DNA of 64,000 nt from Phyllobates terribilis (taxonomy: Eukaryota), in contig NW_027362761.1 of the NCBI RefSeq assembly GCF_046119375.1, forward strand, positions 454,522,001-454,586,000. The letters are read 5' to 3'. The position numbers were made by a program, and so were the translations under genes. Below, one piece after another: positions 47,279 through 60,539 of this stretch. Position 1 is the stretch's first letter. Each line of letters begins with the position of its first letter. The notes beneath the pieces are model-generated. The model was given only the letters and a program-made list of their open reading frames with translations, was not told where the DNA came from and ran no database searches.

Positions 47279-48166
47279 TTAGGATAACAAGTCCGGTCTT
47301 ATGTATCTTGCCAAACACGTGGATCGCCATCTCCCTATCCTCTGAACTTCCGTTTCTGATAGTCCTGCTCTTGCTGCTTCCGTGGCCGCGCCTATGCGGA
47401 ATGAGTGTGTCCCGTAATCTTTGGGGTGGTTCCCTGCTGATGTTATGCATTTATTAAATATAGCTTGGAACTGGTATCTTGATAATGGCGTTCCATCAAT
47501 GTGTGATAGGAAGAAATTACTTTGTGATCTGATGGTTAGATATGTTTTTACTATTGTTACCCGACTCAGTGTACCGTTTGTGGGTTGTAGAAGTACCCAA
47601 GTGCCCCTGCCCGCTGGAACCGTTTTCGATTTGTGTATGCGTAGACGTATTGCATTATTGGCTATGACTACGTCCTGGTGTAATAAGCCTCCACTGGTGG
47701 TAATTTTGGATTGAGGGACTAACTCACTTATGCATAGCGCCCCGAAGAAGGCAATCACAAATGCAGTAGACAGTAGTGTTGCTTCAAATTGTGAGTGTCA
47801 TGTTAATGGCGTTAGGGATATGATGTGAGAAATCAGTTTTGGTGACACGGGACGGGACGTCTACACTCCTGACTTGGCTGACCCCTTTTCCACCCTTTTA
47901 TGGATTGTCTGATGATGAATCTTTGTCACATCTCCCCAATTCAGTAGTTGGTAGTGAAATGCTACTCCGGTCAGACACCACTGCGCTGACGCCCCTGATA
48001 TGCCCCTCATCATTAGCTGGTGGAGAAATTCTATGGTGACTTGTGATCTGGCTTGTTCACATTGGTCAACCCGTCTGCCTGCTACTAGTCGTGTCCACTC
48101 TTCCCATGCCTTACCGTATGCTTGCCACGTCGACGGGGCAACTGACGCTCTGATTAATGGTATCAA
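47279..48166 (-). pseudogene. Tyrosine recombinase of a DIRS-order element (frameshifted)
   Basis: AFFGALCISEL (catalytic R position altered), KSKT, HSFRIGAAT, IGRWRS..LARYIRP. Confidence 0.88.
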
Positions 48167-48489
48167 CTATTCGCCACTAGATCCCATAGGGAAGGTGGGC
48201 AACTGTTGCCCGATGGGTGGGCGTTGTGGAAGAGCTCTGTGAAAATCTGCCAATTGAATTGCTATAAAGCGTTAGCAGCAGCTTTAGACCCCTTAGCATA
48301 GTGGCTAGCGCGGACCCATACATTGTGTTTTAGGCACAGGAATGCTAGCCTTGGTAGTAAGCCTAGCACTGGGAGAGACGATGATGCCATCTTATTAATG
48401 CAGTGCGCTAGGCTGGTGTTTTTTGTTATGAAGCATATATTTTTGTAAGCCAGGAGCGCGCCCCATATTTCTATTGCTACCACTATTGG

Positions 48490-49570
48490 GAAGAAAAATT
48501 ATTTTCAGGGCTAGATGCAGCTAAAAATTATTATTAATTTAAAAGCTGGTGGAGCTTGGTATAGATGGCCTAATACAATGAGTCCCACACACTGCTAGAA
48601 GGCCAAATATTTTTTCAGAGCTAGATGCAGATAAAAATTATATTCAATTTGCAACCTGATGGAGGTCAGTATAGATGGACTAATAGAACAAGTCCCACAC
48701 ACAGCTAGAAGCCCAAATATTTTTTCAGAGGTAGATGCAGAAAAAAATTATTTTGAATTTGCAGCCTGATGGAGGTCAGTATAGATGGACTAATAGAACA
48801 AGTCCCACACACTGCTAGAAGGCCAAATATTTTTTCAGAGCTAGATGCAGAAAAAAATTATATTCAATTTGCAACCTGATGGAGGTCAGTATAGATGGAC
48901 TAATAGAACAAGTCCCACACACTGCTAGAAGGCCAAATATTTTTTCAGAGCTAGAAGCAGAAAAAAAATATTTTCAATTTGCAACCTGATGGAGGTCAGT
49001 ATAGATGGACTAATAGAACAAGTCCCACACACTGCTAGAAGGCCAAATATTTTTTCAGAGCTAGATGCAGATAAAAATTATTTTTAATTTGCAACCTGAT
49101 GGAGGTCAGCATAGATGGACTAATAGAACAAGTCCCACACACTGCTAGAAGGCCAAATATTTTTTCAGAGCTAGAGGCAGATAAAAATTATTTTGAATTT
49201 GCAACCTGATGGAGGTCAGTATAGATGGACTAATAGAACAAGTCCCACACACTGCTAGAAGGCCAAATATTTTTTCAGAGCTAGATGCAGAAAAAAATTA
49301 TATTCAATTTGCAACCTGATGGAGGTCAGTATAGATGGACTAATAGAACAAGTCCCACACACAGCTAGAAGCCCAAATATTTTTTCAGAGGTAGATGCAG
49401 AAAAAAAATTATATTCAGTTTGCAACCTGATGGAGTTCAGTATAGATGGACTAATAGAACAAGTCCCACACACTGCTAGAAGGCCAAATATTTTTTCAGA
49501 GCTAGATGCAGATAAAAATTATATTCAATTTGCAACCTTATGGAGGTCAGTATAGATGGACTAATAGAAT
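48490..49570 (+). repeat. Tandem array of ~10 x 110-bp units inside the hAT right arm
   Basis: g(g/c)ccaaatattttttcagag at 48601, 48711, 48821, 48931, 49041, 49151, 49261, 49371 and 49482. Confidence 0.97.
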
Positions 49571-51170
49571 GATGCTATGCCCAAAAGTTTTACTTCACTA
49601 GGTGCAGTAAAAAAATTGGTATTCTATACACAGGTGGTGTAGCTTGCAACACAGATAGGCTACTCCACTGACTAACACACTCTGCAATAGGCCAAAAAGG
49701 ATTAGCTTTGCTAGATTTAGCCAAATGCTGTGAAAAAAACTTGCACAGCACTGGCACAGACCTGCCTGGCAAAAACTGATAGGAACGATGTAACTTAGTC
49801 CTGAATATGACTGCAATTACAATTAGTCTTTACTCCCACAACCTATCTATTTAAGAGCACAGACCTACCTGATAAAAGTCGTAGGAAATGCTGTAACCTA
49901 GTCCTTAAAAGGACTGCAATCACAACTATTCCCTACTCCTAAGCTATCTGTAGATTTTTGCGAAAATTGGCTTGAAATTAACAAGGTATAGCGCACACAG
50001 CAACAGCGGTGCCGTCTAACATGCAGCTGCAGCAGTGCTAAAATGGTGGCGACGGGGAAAATGGCTGGGTCTTATAGGGCAAGGACATGTGACATACACT
50101 GCCAATGACACATGCCCTTGCTTGTGTGAAAAAAAGCACTTCGCTCTGTGTGTGCGCTGCTGATAGGCTGACAGATTGCACCTCCCCACTGTAAATGCGG
50201 GAAAGAGAAAAAAAAAATGGACATCTTCAATATTCCTGTAGAGATCCATCCCCTGCCCCTCCCCCCACCCCGCTGTACACTCAAACTGCGTATTAACATT
50301 AATTTTCATCATGACTGAGAAAAAATCCAGTTATGATTTTGGTGCACGAACAGTTATCGAACATAACCTCGAACAGCCGAATTTTTTTCAAATCGTTCGT
50401 GTTCGCCGAACGGCTCGAACACCGCCCAAAACAGCTCGAATTTGAGATTGGCGAACAGTTCGAGTCGAACAACGCTCATCTCTATTTATAGTACCACATA
50501 TATAGCATGAGTAACAAGGTACTCAGTCAACAGAAATAATACCATCAACTTTAAGACCAACACACTTTAGATGCATAATGATGTCAAACTTAGGGTCAGA
50601 CGAAATCTCTCTGTGCACCACAATGTATGAACTAGTATTCAAGACAATGAAAGCACCCCCCTTATTGGCGGGTTAGTAATGATGTCACCGTCATGTACCA
50701 GTTCTCACATGGCTGAGATTTCCTTACTTGTCATGTTAGAACTTGCAAACCAACTATATTGCCAATTAGCTTACTATAAGACCTTAGTAATAGCAGAGAT
50801 AAAGGCATCAATGGAAGTAAAAGATGTACGTGGCACAAGCTTACTTTTGTTACAGCAAATTGCTGTAAAAACAATTCAACATTTAAAGTTTTAGGTATGG
50901 GTATGCATATGAATAGTTTGAAGGAACTAAAGAGCCTAGATAAGTCCAATTCTAACTGAATCCAGTCTATATCTATGCTGCAGCAGGAGGTTGACCAAGG
51001 GAGTATGCTTTGATCCATACTCACTCTTAGACCTTTACTCACTCCCATGCCTCTGGCTTCTACTCATTAGCCTACACATTTTGAGTATCCATAGCCAGGT
51101 TTTAATATAGTGCTTTTGTGGCTTCTCCACTTGATTTTCACTGCTGGGACATACACTACACTTTGGTATA

Positions 51171-51928
51171 TGTTACATGCACGCCGCTAGGTTCAGATAG
51201 GTTTTCATGAATTCTTTGGAATCTTGGGGGAACCGTTACACAGGGCGACTATATACTGCAGCTTCTCTCAGGCACAAAGAGGTATTGACCCTCAGGCACA
51301 GTCACGTGGATGGATTCACTTGCTGACCAGACACACTTGACAAAAGTCTTCATGAACAGTAGATTTTAATGCAACAGCTCGGACAGTCCAAAACATTAGT
51401 CTCTTAAAGCAACAGGCTTCAAAAATAGTAATAGCTTCTTCCTGCAAAGGCACATTAATAAACAGTCTTTCTTAGTAGCACAGTACGGCACATATCAAGT
51501 CTCTTTAGTAGCACACTTCTATGCACCCACAACAATAGTACTCTCACCAGCAGTCTCCGATCCACATTATCACAGGCTTTACCTTCTAGTGCGGTGAGGT
51601 ACAAGTGGAGGGTTAGAACAGAAGGATTAGTCCAGTCCTTAGATGTGGTGTTCAATCCTTGCTTCTGCTAAACAACAGTTAACTCATTTCTCCACTACTT
51701 TCTCCTGTAGATACCACTAGCAACCAAGCGGCAGTTGCAGCGAGAGAGTCTCAGAACCCTTATCAGCCTGGTGAAGAGGTCTGCATCCTTTAAGCTTGCT
51801 CTCTAGATCAGAACGACACTACCCAGTCTCTCTGAGGCAGACCTGGCCACTCCCCCCTAGCTGCACCCTGTTAACCCCCTTAGTTGCTGGATGCTTAACA
51901 ACACCATGTGTGGTATCTACCTGTCACA
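51171..51928. mobile_element. Probable solo LTR
   Basis: tgttaca...tgtcaca ends with a possible 4-bp TSD tata; boundaries not cross-validated. Confidence 0.5.
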
Positions 51929-52924
51929 TATACTTAAGCCCGTCTCTGAGATGCATATATTTATGCACTATAAGGCTGTCATAAATGTTGAACCATTATT
52001 GGTATGGTGATCATATTCAACCTTGGTTAGCATTTTGGTCTTATGGTGAACATGCTACATTGTTTGTTATACATATTTCATTTTTTACCGATACCAATTC
52101 CCCATTAATCTATGTATGTGGTACATATCCTGTATGTCAGTCCACAATAAGCTATACTCATTTACAGAGAGCTGTGAGTTACATATTTTTCACATTACCT
52201 CCAAGACATTTTTACCTTTGTTTAGACTTTATGGCACAAATACTCTTAAAGGGCTTTCCGGTCCAAATCGATAAGTCTGAAATCACTTTGTGTGACTGCA
52301 GACTTACGAATCTCCCCAGCTCAAGCACTGTGCAATGCGGGGATTTACCAGTTTCTGAGCTGGGATGGAGGGTATGTATGTGCTATACATACTACCGGCC
52401 AGGGCCCGTCTAGTGGGCGTGGCCTCACTCCATACACTTGTATAGAACGAAGCAGAGCCCCGACTAGTGATGTGGCTGTCCAGTGGGCAGGGCCGACTAG
52501 AGGGCACGGCCTTGCTCCATACAAGTGTATAACGCATACATACACTTTAGTCCTGGCTCAGAAATCGACGAATCCCCACATCGCATAGTGCGTGTGCAGG
52601 GGGGATTCATAAGTCTGCAGTCACACAGATGAATATATATAACCAAATGTGCCATTTTGCAGAATTTGTCACTTAAAGCATTAGCCAATATCACAAGACA
52701 AAAAAAGAAAAGTGACTTCAATAAATCACAAATGATGAATGGGCCCATAGATGAATCCATGTAGGAGCTAATTATCCAATTGTACGTTTACCAGTGGAAA
52801 TACGTTATTTGACCATCATATGTTTACTTAGGGGCAGACACCAATAGCTTGGGGCTGCAAGAAGTGAGGCTGAGCCCTTTCCTTTTATAGTGACAAAGCT
52901 GCAAATTATTAATACTGCGTGTAT

Positions 52925-52937
52925 GTATATATACTGC

Positions 52938-52978
<41 letters not shown>

Positions 52979-52988
52979 TATATGTATA
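52925..52988. repeat. (TA)n microsatellite at a Tc1 insertion site
   Basis: Visible TA run immediately before cagtggggaaaataag. Confidence 0.9.
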
Positions 52989-53960
52989 CAGTGGGGAAAA
53001 TAAGTATTTGATACATTGCTGATTTTGCAAAGTTTTCCTACCTAGTTTACCTACAAAGAATGGAGAGGTTTGTAATTTTTATCGTAGGTACACTTCAATT
53101 GTGAGAGTCAGGATCTGAAATAAAAATTTGAAAATCACATTGTAAGATTTTTAAATAATTAAATAGCATTTTATTGCATGAAATAAGTATTTGATCACCT
53201 ACCAACCAGCAAGAATTCTGGCTCTCACAGACCTGTTAGTTTTTCTTTAAGAAGCCCTCCTACTCTGCACTCATTACCTGTATTAATTGCACCTGTTTGA
53301 ACTCGTTGTATAAAAGACACCTTTCCACACACTCAATCAATCACATTCCAACCTCTCCACAATGGCGAAGACCAAAATGCTGTCTAAGGACACCAGGGAA
53401 AAAATTGTAGACCTGCACAAGGCTGGGATGGGCTACAGGACAATAAACAAGCAGCTTGGTGAGAAGGCAACAACTGTTGGCACAAATATTAGAAAATGGA
53501 AAAAACACAAGATGACTGTCAATCTTCCTCGGTCTGGGGCTCCATGCAACATCTCGCCTCGTGGGGTAAGGATGATTCTGAGAAAGGTCAGGAATCAGCC
53601 CAGAACTACACAGGAGGACCTGGTCAAAGACCTGAAGAGAACTGGGACCACAGTCTCAAACATTACCATTAGTAACACACTACGCTGTCATGGATTAAAA
53701 TCCTGCAGGGCATGCAGTGTTCCCGTACTCACATCAGCACACGTCCAGGCCCATTTGACATTCGCCAATGACCATCTAGAAGATCCAGAAGAGGCATGGG
53801 AAAAGGGTATGTGGTCAGATGAGACCAACATAGAATTTTGGTATCAACTCCACTCACTGTGTTAGGAGGAACAAGAAGGATGAGTACAACCCCCCAAACA
53901 CTGTCCCAACCATTAAGCATGGTGGGGAGAAGCATCATACCTTGGGGGTGCTTTTCTGAT
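52989..53960 (+). mobile_element. Tc1 element, 3'-truncated; transposase ORF 53362-53865 frameshifted after WSDET
   Basis: TA|cagtggggaaaataagtatttg terminus; [25 protein letters not shown]...WSDETNIEF. Confidence 0.88.
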
Positions 53961-55099
53961 GGAGGAGGCTGATGAACTGGTCTTCTGTTAAGATGTTGCT
54001 TCATAAGCAGTCATTTTCTTTTATGTCTAACAAAAGAGAACCCTATGTAATAAAGAGAACGCTATGAATAACAAAAGTAGCAAAAGAATACTTTATGTAA
54101 TATGGGATGGTGCTATACATAACAAAAGATAACCCTATGTAATAATGGAAAGTTGTGATACATACCAAGAGGGGATGTCATGTAATAAAGGACGATGCTA
54201 TATATAACAGTAAAGTGTACTATATAGTAAGGGAAAGTGCTATACATAATAAGTTTACATTCACACATCCATGTGAAATGTTGATGTACTGCTCAATTTT
54301 TTTCTAGAAAATCATACCAGAATATGACATGCTCTGAATCTCAACAATCTCATTTTCAAATCCATGATTATCACGGATGAATCTATGAAGCTCTATGGGT
54401 CGCTGTGCCGTCCAAAAAAAAATCTGTCAGCACACGAACATTTTATATGAATGTGTGAAAGTAGCCTAAGGAAGTTTGTTTTACAAACAAAAATATTACT
54501 CAAATCATCTCTCTGCATGTCCTACAATATAGATACAAAATAAATATTTACCTCCAGTACATCAAGCTAATTAGTCATTTTTTCTTGTTTTCCTCCATCT
54601 GGTCAGATCTTCAAGTCGACATATTTCAGTCACAACTCATCTTACCAAATTGATCATTTTGGCTATGAAAACAAAGTCACATATATATTATATAGATACA
54701 TTTTCCCCCTGAATAAAAATCACCACACTGTGTCCCTGAATATAAATATGTCCATACCTTAAGAAACTATTAGACTTGCATCATTCAAATTATAAATTGA
54801 TAAGCCGGCACTATCCACCCGATTAACTGTTGCTCAATAAATATAAATTAATCAGTCAATGTGAATCCCCCAATTCATTGTACGTCCCTCTTCTCTGTCA
54901 TCTCTTCCTCAAATTCATTGCAAGTGCCTGTGTCCTCCCCTAGTTCATAATAATTCCTTGTGTAGAGTCCCCCAGTTCATTTTAAGTCCCTGTATAATGT
55001 TCTCTCCCACCCCCAATTTATTATAAGTCCCAGATAGTGTGCTCTCTCACCCCCCGATTCATTAATAGTCCCTGTAAAGCGTTATCACCCACTCTCCAA

Positions 55100-55372
55100 A
55101 TTTATTTATTTATTTTACTAACTTATATAGCTCCATTAATTCCACAGTGCTTTACAGACATTATAATCACTATCCCCATTGGAGTCCACAATGTAGATTC
55201 CCTATCAGTATGTTTTTGGAATGAGGGAGGAAACCGGAGTATCCGGAGGAAACCCACGCAAACACAGGGAGAATGTACAAACTTCATGCAGACATTGTCA
55301 TTGGAGGGATTTGAACCCATTACGCCAATGCTGAAAAGCTGCAGTGCTAATCACTGAGCCACCGTGCTACCC
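55100..55372 (-). mobile_element. V-SINE, near full length
   Basis: A-box tggctcagtg, B-box ggttcaaatcc, V-domain, (ttta)n tail. Confidence 0.85.
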
Positions 55373-58300
55373 ATCATTATAACTCCCTGATTGTGTCCTC
55401 TCCCAGCCCCCAATTCATTCTAAATCCCTTCATAGTGTTGTATCCTCCTTTTCTTCCCATCATGCTGAACCCCTCTTTGTTAAAAAAAACATTCACCTCT
55501 CCAGATCATCCCCCTTTGCATTGCTTCCTTCCTCTTCTATCCGGGTGCTTTCTAAATGATGCAGATGATGTGCCAACGTCATCACACCACATGTGGAAAC
55601 TTGGTGGCTATCCAGAAGCGTGAACCCACTGCTGGGATTGGTGCTGCTTTATTTTTGCTTTTCAATCTCTATTTTTATACCAATCTTAAAATATTCTGGT
55701 ATGCTTATTATAATAGTAGATCTAGTCTATAGTTTGTATGGAACTCTGCTGTTTCCTATATTTTCTAGTTTCAGAAATACACATCTCATTTAGAAAATCC
55801 CATTGCTGTATGTCTGTTAGCTTTCATTCTTGATACAAATTGTGTAATTTAGAAAACAAAATTAAATTCTAAATGTGTAATCCACGCTTCTTGATACAAT
55901 TCAGGGCTGATTTTAGGAGGTGGCAAACTGAGCAATTTTGTAGACCTTTATCTGCTTTTGGACCAAAAGTGATCTCAAGTGGAAAACAACACTCCACGTG
56001 ATTGTAGTTCTGGCAGAGAATGTTCTTTTACAATGTGTGGTTTCACCAAATCCCTGCTGCACAGTCTGCTCTGCCTTCTCTGCACTGATTTGCATGTTCG
56101 TAGTTGTGGAGAAAGGAAAAGTTGAATGTGGCCAACTTGTACAGTTTGCTATAAGATCAAGACATCACAAAAGTCTAGAGAGATAAGTAGCAAGTAACCC
56201 CTTTGCTTTTCTACACTAACATGCAATCACTAGAGATTTTTTTTATTAACCCCTTCACTATGCTTCATAATCACATACTTTATAATTACCATTTCAATGT
56301 TTAGATATTGTTTGATCAAAATAATAAATATGAGACATACTACCACCTTCTGCAATTCAATGGATTTTAGTTTGTTAACTGCTATACTTCATAACAGATA
56401 TTTCCATTTAGTCCATTTTCAACATAGGAAATGCTAAAACTCTCAATTTACACAGAAAATTATTGTGCAGGAAATAGAAAATATTAATATTATTACTTAA
56501 CATCAAATATATTTATTGCAATTGAGCAGCCTTTGGGCATTAAAAATATTTAACCTCTATAAAAGCAGCTTCAAGGATCTGTTAATTTCTTTTGTGTGTG
56601 AGCCAAGTGTGTGTGACACAGGTATGCCCTAGAGTGCTTGAACCCTAACCTTGGCTCATGGATTGTTTTATGCAGAAAACACTCATGATTATTACCATTA
56701 CATTTTTTCAAGCTTACTTTTCACCGTCAATTAGAAAGGGTCATAATAAGGCCCTGGCTCTTGTTATACTTCTTAGGCTGGAAAAATACCGTGGTAAAAA
56801 AGCTATTTTAGGTTTATGGCATTATTGGTTTTCAGAACACATTCTACAAGGTAATTAGCATTGTTACTGCTATCCTCATCTCGTGCATTGCTGTTGACAG
56901 GTAGAGAGTTTAGATTAAGAAGAAAGGTAATATTATAATAATGATGTAACCTATTTGACTTTCATGTTTTTATTGAGAATTCCCATGTGGGTTATAAGTA
57001 GAAAAAAATATTATCTTAACCCTTCCTCTTTCACACAAGATGCAAAGTTTTCAGCTCTTTGATGATCACGCACAAAAAATGTATGGTTTTTCAGCCATAT
57101 GGCTAATAATCTGCACTGATTGTAAAGCCTAAAAGGGCATTTAAATTTCTCCAATTGTGTTATTTTATGTAGTTTAAGATTGTTAGGACCAATAATCAAC
57201 TAATATAAAGCACATTGCCTGCCTGGATCTGGATACAAAATGTGAAGGTCAACAATACAAGCCACATAACTTGTCAGCATTCATCTGTAGTTGAAAGTAG
57301 TTTTATTGTAATACTGGAGAGAAAGAGAGAGGAAGAAAGAAAAAGAGATTTAGCAATTAAAATGTGATGACGATGATTATTATAGTAAAATCTGTGAAAA
57401 TATTTGTATTCATTCATTAGAAAACACAAACATCTGTCTCATTTTGTATAGCTGAGATATATCACTTAGTGGCATTAAGTTCACTAAGAGCCTTGGGGTT
57501 TTGGAGCTTCGATCAAGATGATAGCTTTTCAATGTTTAAGAGACTTGAGCTTTCTTAAAGAGTTGAGAGAGACATCAACTATTTCTGAAAATAGATAGTT
57601 TAGGGATTTCCTTAGGCACTGGTGGAAATGCTGTCTCTATAAAAAAGATTATGTAACTTTAGGATTTGGAATTAAATGTCATATTTACGAGATATTGTCT
57701 TGGAATATCTATCCAGTAAAATGCGTCTTTGCCTAAATAGTAACACTGTACTGGTATTCATGAATGTTTCTGTTTTTGTTGCCCTAAAAAGTTGCAGGAC
57801 TTTGCAGGTTTCTAATCTTCGTCAGAAGAATGTTTAAAATGTGTAAGCCATTTTGTGGTCTGCTCAGTTTTTTACTGTTCTTCTTGCTTCAAGCAGGTAC
57901 TAATTGTTGCAGTCTATTTTTATTGACCTGGTCACCCACCAGACTGCTGATTATTGTTCCTACTCCCATATTTACCAAATTTTTTTTGTATGTATTAATA
58001 CACTACTAGTCTGTATGCACAATATGGGAGCTAGTATACTAAACTTGTCCTTTTTGGGTTTTAAATTTCAATTATCATCTTGTGCACTTCTTAGTTTCAT
58101 TGACAGCACTCTTTTCAGGCACTAACTGAATGGAATCCCCAGTCCAGTGCATCCACACTGACACTGCAAAAGCTGAGCACACACAAACATTGTCAGTGCA
58201 GGTGTGCTCTCAACTCTCTCTTCTGCCTACAGCAGATGCTTGCAGCACACAGGGACACACAGTAGGGAGAGGCTGCGGCAGACAGGAGAGAGGGATACAT

Positions 58301-58879
58301 TTTTGCATGTGTAAGCTTGGCTCCTGCGTGCGTGAGTTCAACTCCTTCACTGTCAGCGTGGATACATATGGCCAGTGAATCAATTCAAGCAGAGTTCAAA
58401 GTGAGCACTATTAATCACTCTAAGAAGTGCAGAGGATGCTAACTGATGTATTTATTAAATCAGAGAGAGCAGCCACAGCTCTGACTTCCTCTTGATTACT
58501 TATTTGTCCAAAAGTGGGGACAGTGACACCATCGCTGATTGGGCAGAGGGCTAGTATGATGTAACAAGCTCATGTGAGCCCCGGGAGAGTGAGTGCCAAC
58601 ACCACTAGAATGGCGCCGGCACGGAAGATGGGTATAAATGTTTTTATTTTAATGAAGGCAAACACTCAGATTTATGGTGATAGATTACTTTTAACATTAA
58701 AAAATGAGGTTTGCCATTAGTTTTGTGCTGGGAGATGGGGCTACTGCTGGGAGAACATGATATGCCCATTTTTAATTTGTCATTGAATACAACCAAATGG
58801 GTCCTGTTTAACTGAGTGCTGTCTGGTAAATTTGGGACAAGGTACCAAGCCCTCGCTTTTCAGAGGAGTCGTTGCAGAG

Positions 58880-59310
58880 TGTAACGCTGGTGAGTGTGGA
58901 CCCACTGCGCCATGGGCCAGGCTTAACCTGGAGGGGTGGTATTAAGTGTCTACCGGGTCTTTACTAGGGCCTCTGATGGTGAGGATAGGCTGGGCTTCTG
59001 GTAGGAACCAGGTACCACTCCAGGGCAGTTTCCAGGACTGCAGCAGCTGACCAAAGGGTCAGAGGCATGGGTACGAGGTACAGGAGGCAGAGACAGAACC
59101 AAAGTCAGATAGTCCAAGGTCAGGACAGGCAGCACGGGTTCACAATACAAAGACTGAGTCAGGGATGGAGAAGTCAAACAGAAAGGGTCGATAATAAAAG
59201 GTGCTAGCAGCCTAGGAACCAACATTCGGGCAAGGAATGGTGGGAGAAGCTGAATACTATAGACCTTGTTGGCACAGGATAGGCCAGAGGACCTAATCTC
59301 TGCAGGACAC
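58880..59310. mobile_element. LTR-like fragment related to the 24531 solo LTR
   Basis: Starts tgtaacg; shares ctctgatggtgaggat / tctgatggtgaagat; right boundary uncertain (possibly 59801, with TSD cagag). Confidence 0.45.
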
Positions 59311-59434
59311 AGCAGGGTTAAACTCTTTCAAAGAATGTTCACGCCTCCCTAAAGCGAATTGAAAACTTGCAGGTGCAGAAGTACTGAGGATTGCTGCAAG
59401 TGGCAATCCCAGTGAAACAGCCTGACATGAAGAG

Positions 59435-59636
59435 AAAAAGTTGAAGAAACCAGCTTCCAAAAGTGCAAATATTTATTGAAGCAAATCCACGCAGTTTAAA
59501 AATTTGACAAAGAACACAGCTCTTTGTTGCGTTTTTTCCATGTGAGATTCCCCGATGTAATTTGGAAATTTTTAAACTACGTGGATTTGCTTCAATAAAT
59601 ATTTGCACTTTTGGAAGCTGGTTTCTTCAACTTTTT
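59435..59636. repeat. ~71-bp near-perfect inverted repeat with a ~60-bp spacer
   Basis: 59435-59505 is the reverse complement of 59566-59636 with one mismatch. Confidence 0.9.
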
Positions 59637-60539
59637 TTCATGCAAACACGTGAGGCCACACGTACCCGTGCTTCCTTCCAAAGCCTACAGCAATCAGGTG
59701 AGCTGAATCTACTTTCCTCTTTTTTGACATGAAGAGAAACGGCGAGGTCACCACAGTGATTAAGGCGGCACTGAGGAGGCATGCGAGTTACCGCTGTAGC
59801 ACAGAGTCTGGGTAAATCCTCTCCTCTGCCAACGGACTACAAGATGCCATTTTGCACGTCTGTATGAGAGCTACGCAGGCAGTAAAATTCTTTGTTTTTG
59901 GAGGAGCTTCGGCCAGGCATCACTTACTAGAAAACACGTTTCTGGCGATGTATTTTAGCCAAAGAGCGACTGATGGTGACCCTGAGGTAATTGAACTATT
60001 CATGTTTTTAATTTCTTGTTATTGTTGTAAAACAATGATGTTACATCTATGTGGTTCTATTTTTCCTGTTTGAACCTTTTTTTTGTCAAATTTCAGAAGA
60101 TTGAACTCATGTTATTCCACTTGCAATACTACAGGGTCAGCTTTACACCGTTAGAGTGTTTGTGATTTTTTCTTTAGGCCTAACTTACATGTTTTGTGAG
60201 TCACATCATGCCTCTCGTTTTTCCTAAGCTCGTTTCCCATGCAAAATTCTGTCCTCTCGTGTAGCTGTCATTACAGGCTGTATGTGTTTTGGGTCTGCTT
60301 TCCTACCCTCAGATGTGTGTTTTGCTATTTTTGGCAAATATAATTTTATTAACATCTCAACTGAGACCTTTACTTAATTTAATTAGACATCTCCTTCTGT
60401 TTATACTTTCCTTTATGTGTTATTGGTTTTCACACATTTTTTTGGTTCATTTTCCCATTTAGATTTCTTTTGACTAGCCACTAATTTGTGGCGCTCGTTT
60501 TGAGGATCTTTTATTTGCTGGCAGGTATTTCATTGTATG

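Larger units (their letters stand above)
46430..48485 (-). mobile_element. 3' portion of a Ngaro-type tyrosine-recombinase retrotransposon (RNase H remnant, YR, SGNH hydrolase)
   Basis: RNase H-like ORF 48262-48483; YR N-terminus ASVAPSTWQAY; YR core and SGNH ORFs downstream; boundaries approximate. Confidence 0.85.
39428..50484 (+). mobile_element. Full-length decayed hAT element with nested insertions
   Basis: Ends tagcgttgagc / gctcatctcta; TSD tttatggt/tttatagt (7 of 8); transposase remnants inside. Confidence 0.92.
34440..50720 (-). pseudogene. Penelope-like (PLE) reverse transcriptase fossil, surviving as 34440-34891, 38787-39004, 39316-39427 and 50485-~50720
   Basis: Decayed minus-strand motifs in collinear order: KPANKGGAFIVL, IHKSLKDPP...VSGSGS, SLYTS, LLELVL..NYFLF, STMGENIA..ANI.M, LW..DFFLLW, LLRFNSHH. 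Confidence 0.72.

Noticed and set aside
47279-47758. Phage integrase, bacterial contamination or horizontal transfer
   Set aside because: The HSFRIGAAT/GRW.S motifs with an adjacent RNase H and SGNH ORF are typical of DIRS/Ngaro retroelements, and the segment is embedded in vertebrate repeats.
48490-49570. CRISPR-like array
   Set aside because: Whole 110-bp units repeat, with no unique spacers and no cas genes; eukaryotic context.
52247-52680. Palindromic segment as a novel structure (similarly 54250-54470)
   Set aside because: ttaaagg-type or taggct-type termini and internal symmetry match ordinary decayed frog MITEs; boundaries too uncertain to annotate.
55913-56186. Short ORFs as a possible exon
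   Set aside because: No recognisable homology in any frame and the splice signals are ambiguous.
57420-57900. LRR/TLR-like peptides on the minus strand (PVPKEIPK, LNSLRKLKSL)
   Set aside because: Frames are closed by frequent stops and show no sustained LRR periodicity; probably chance.
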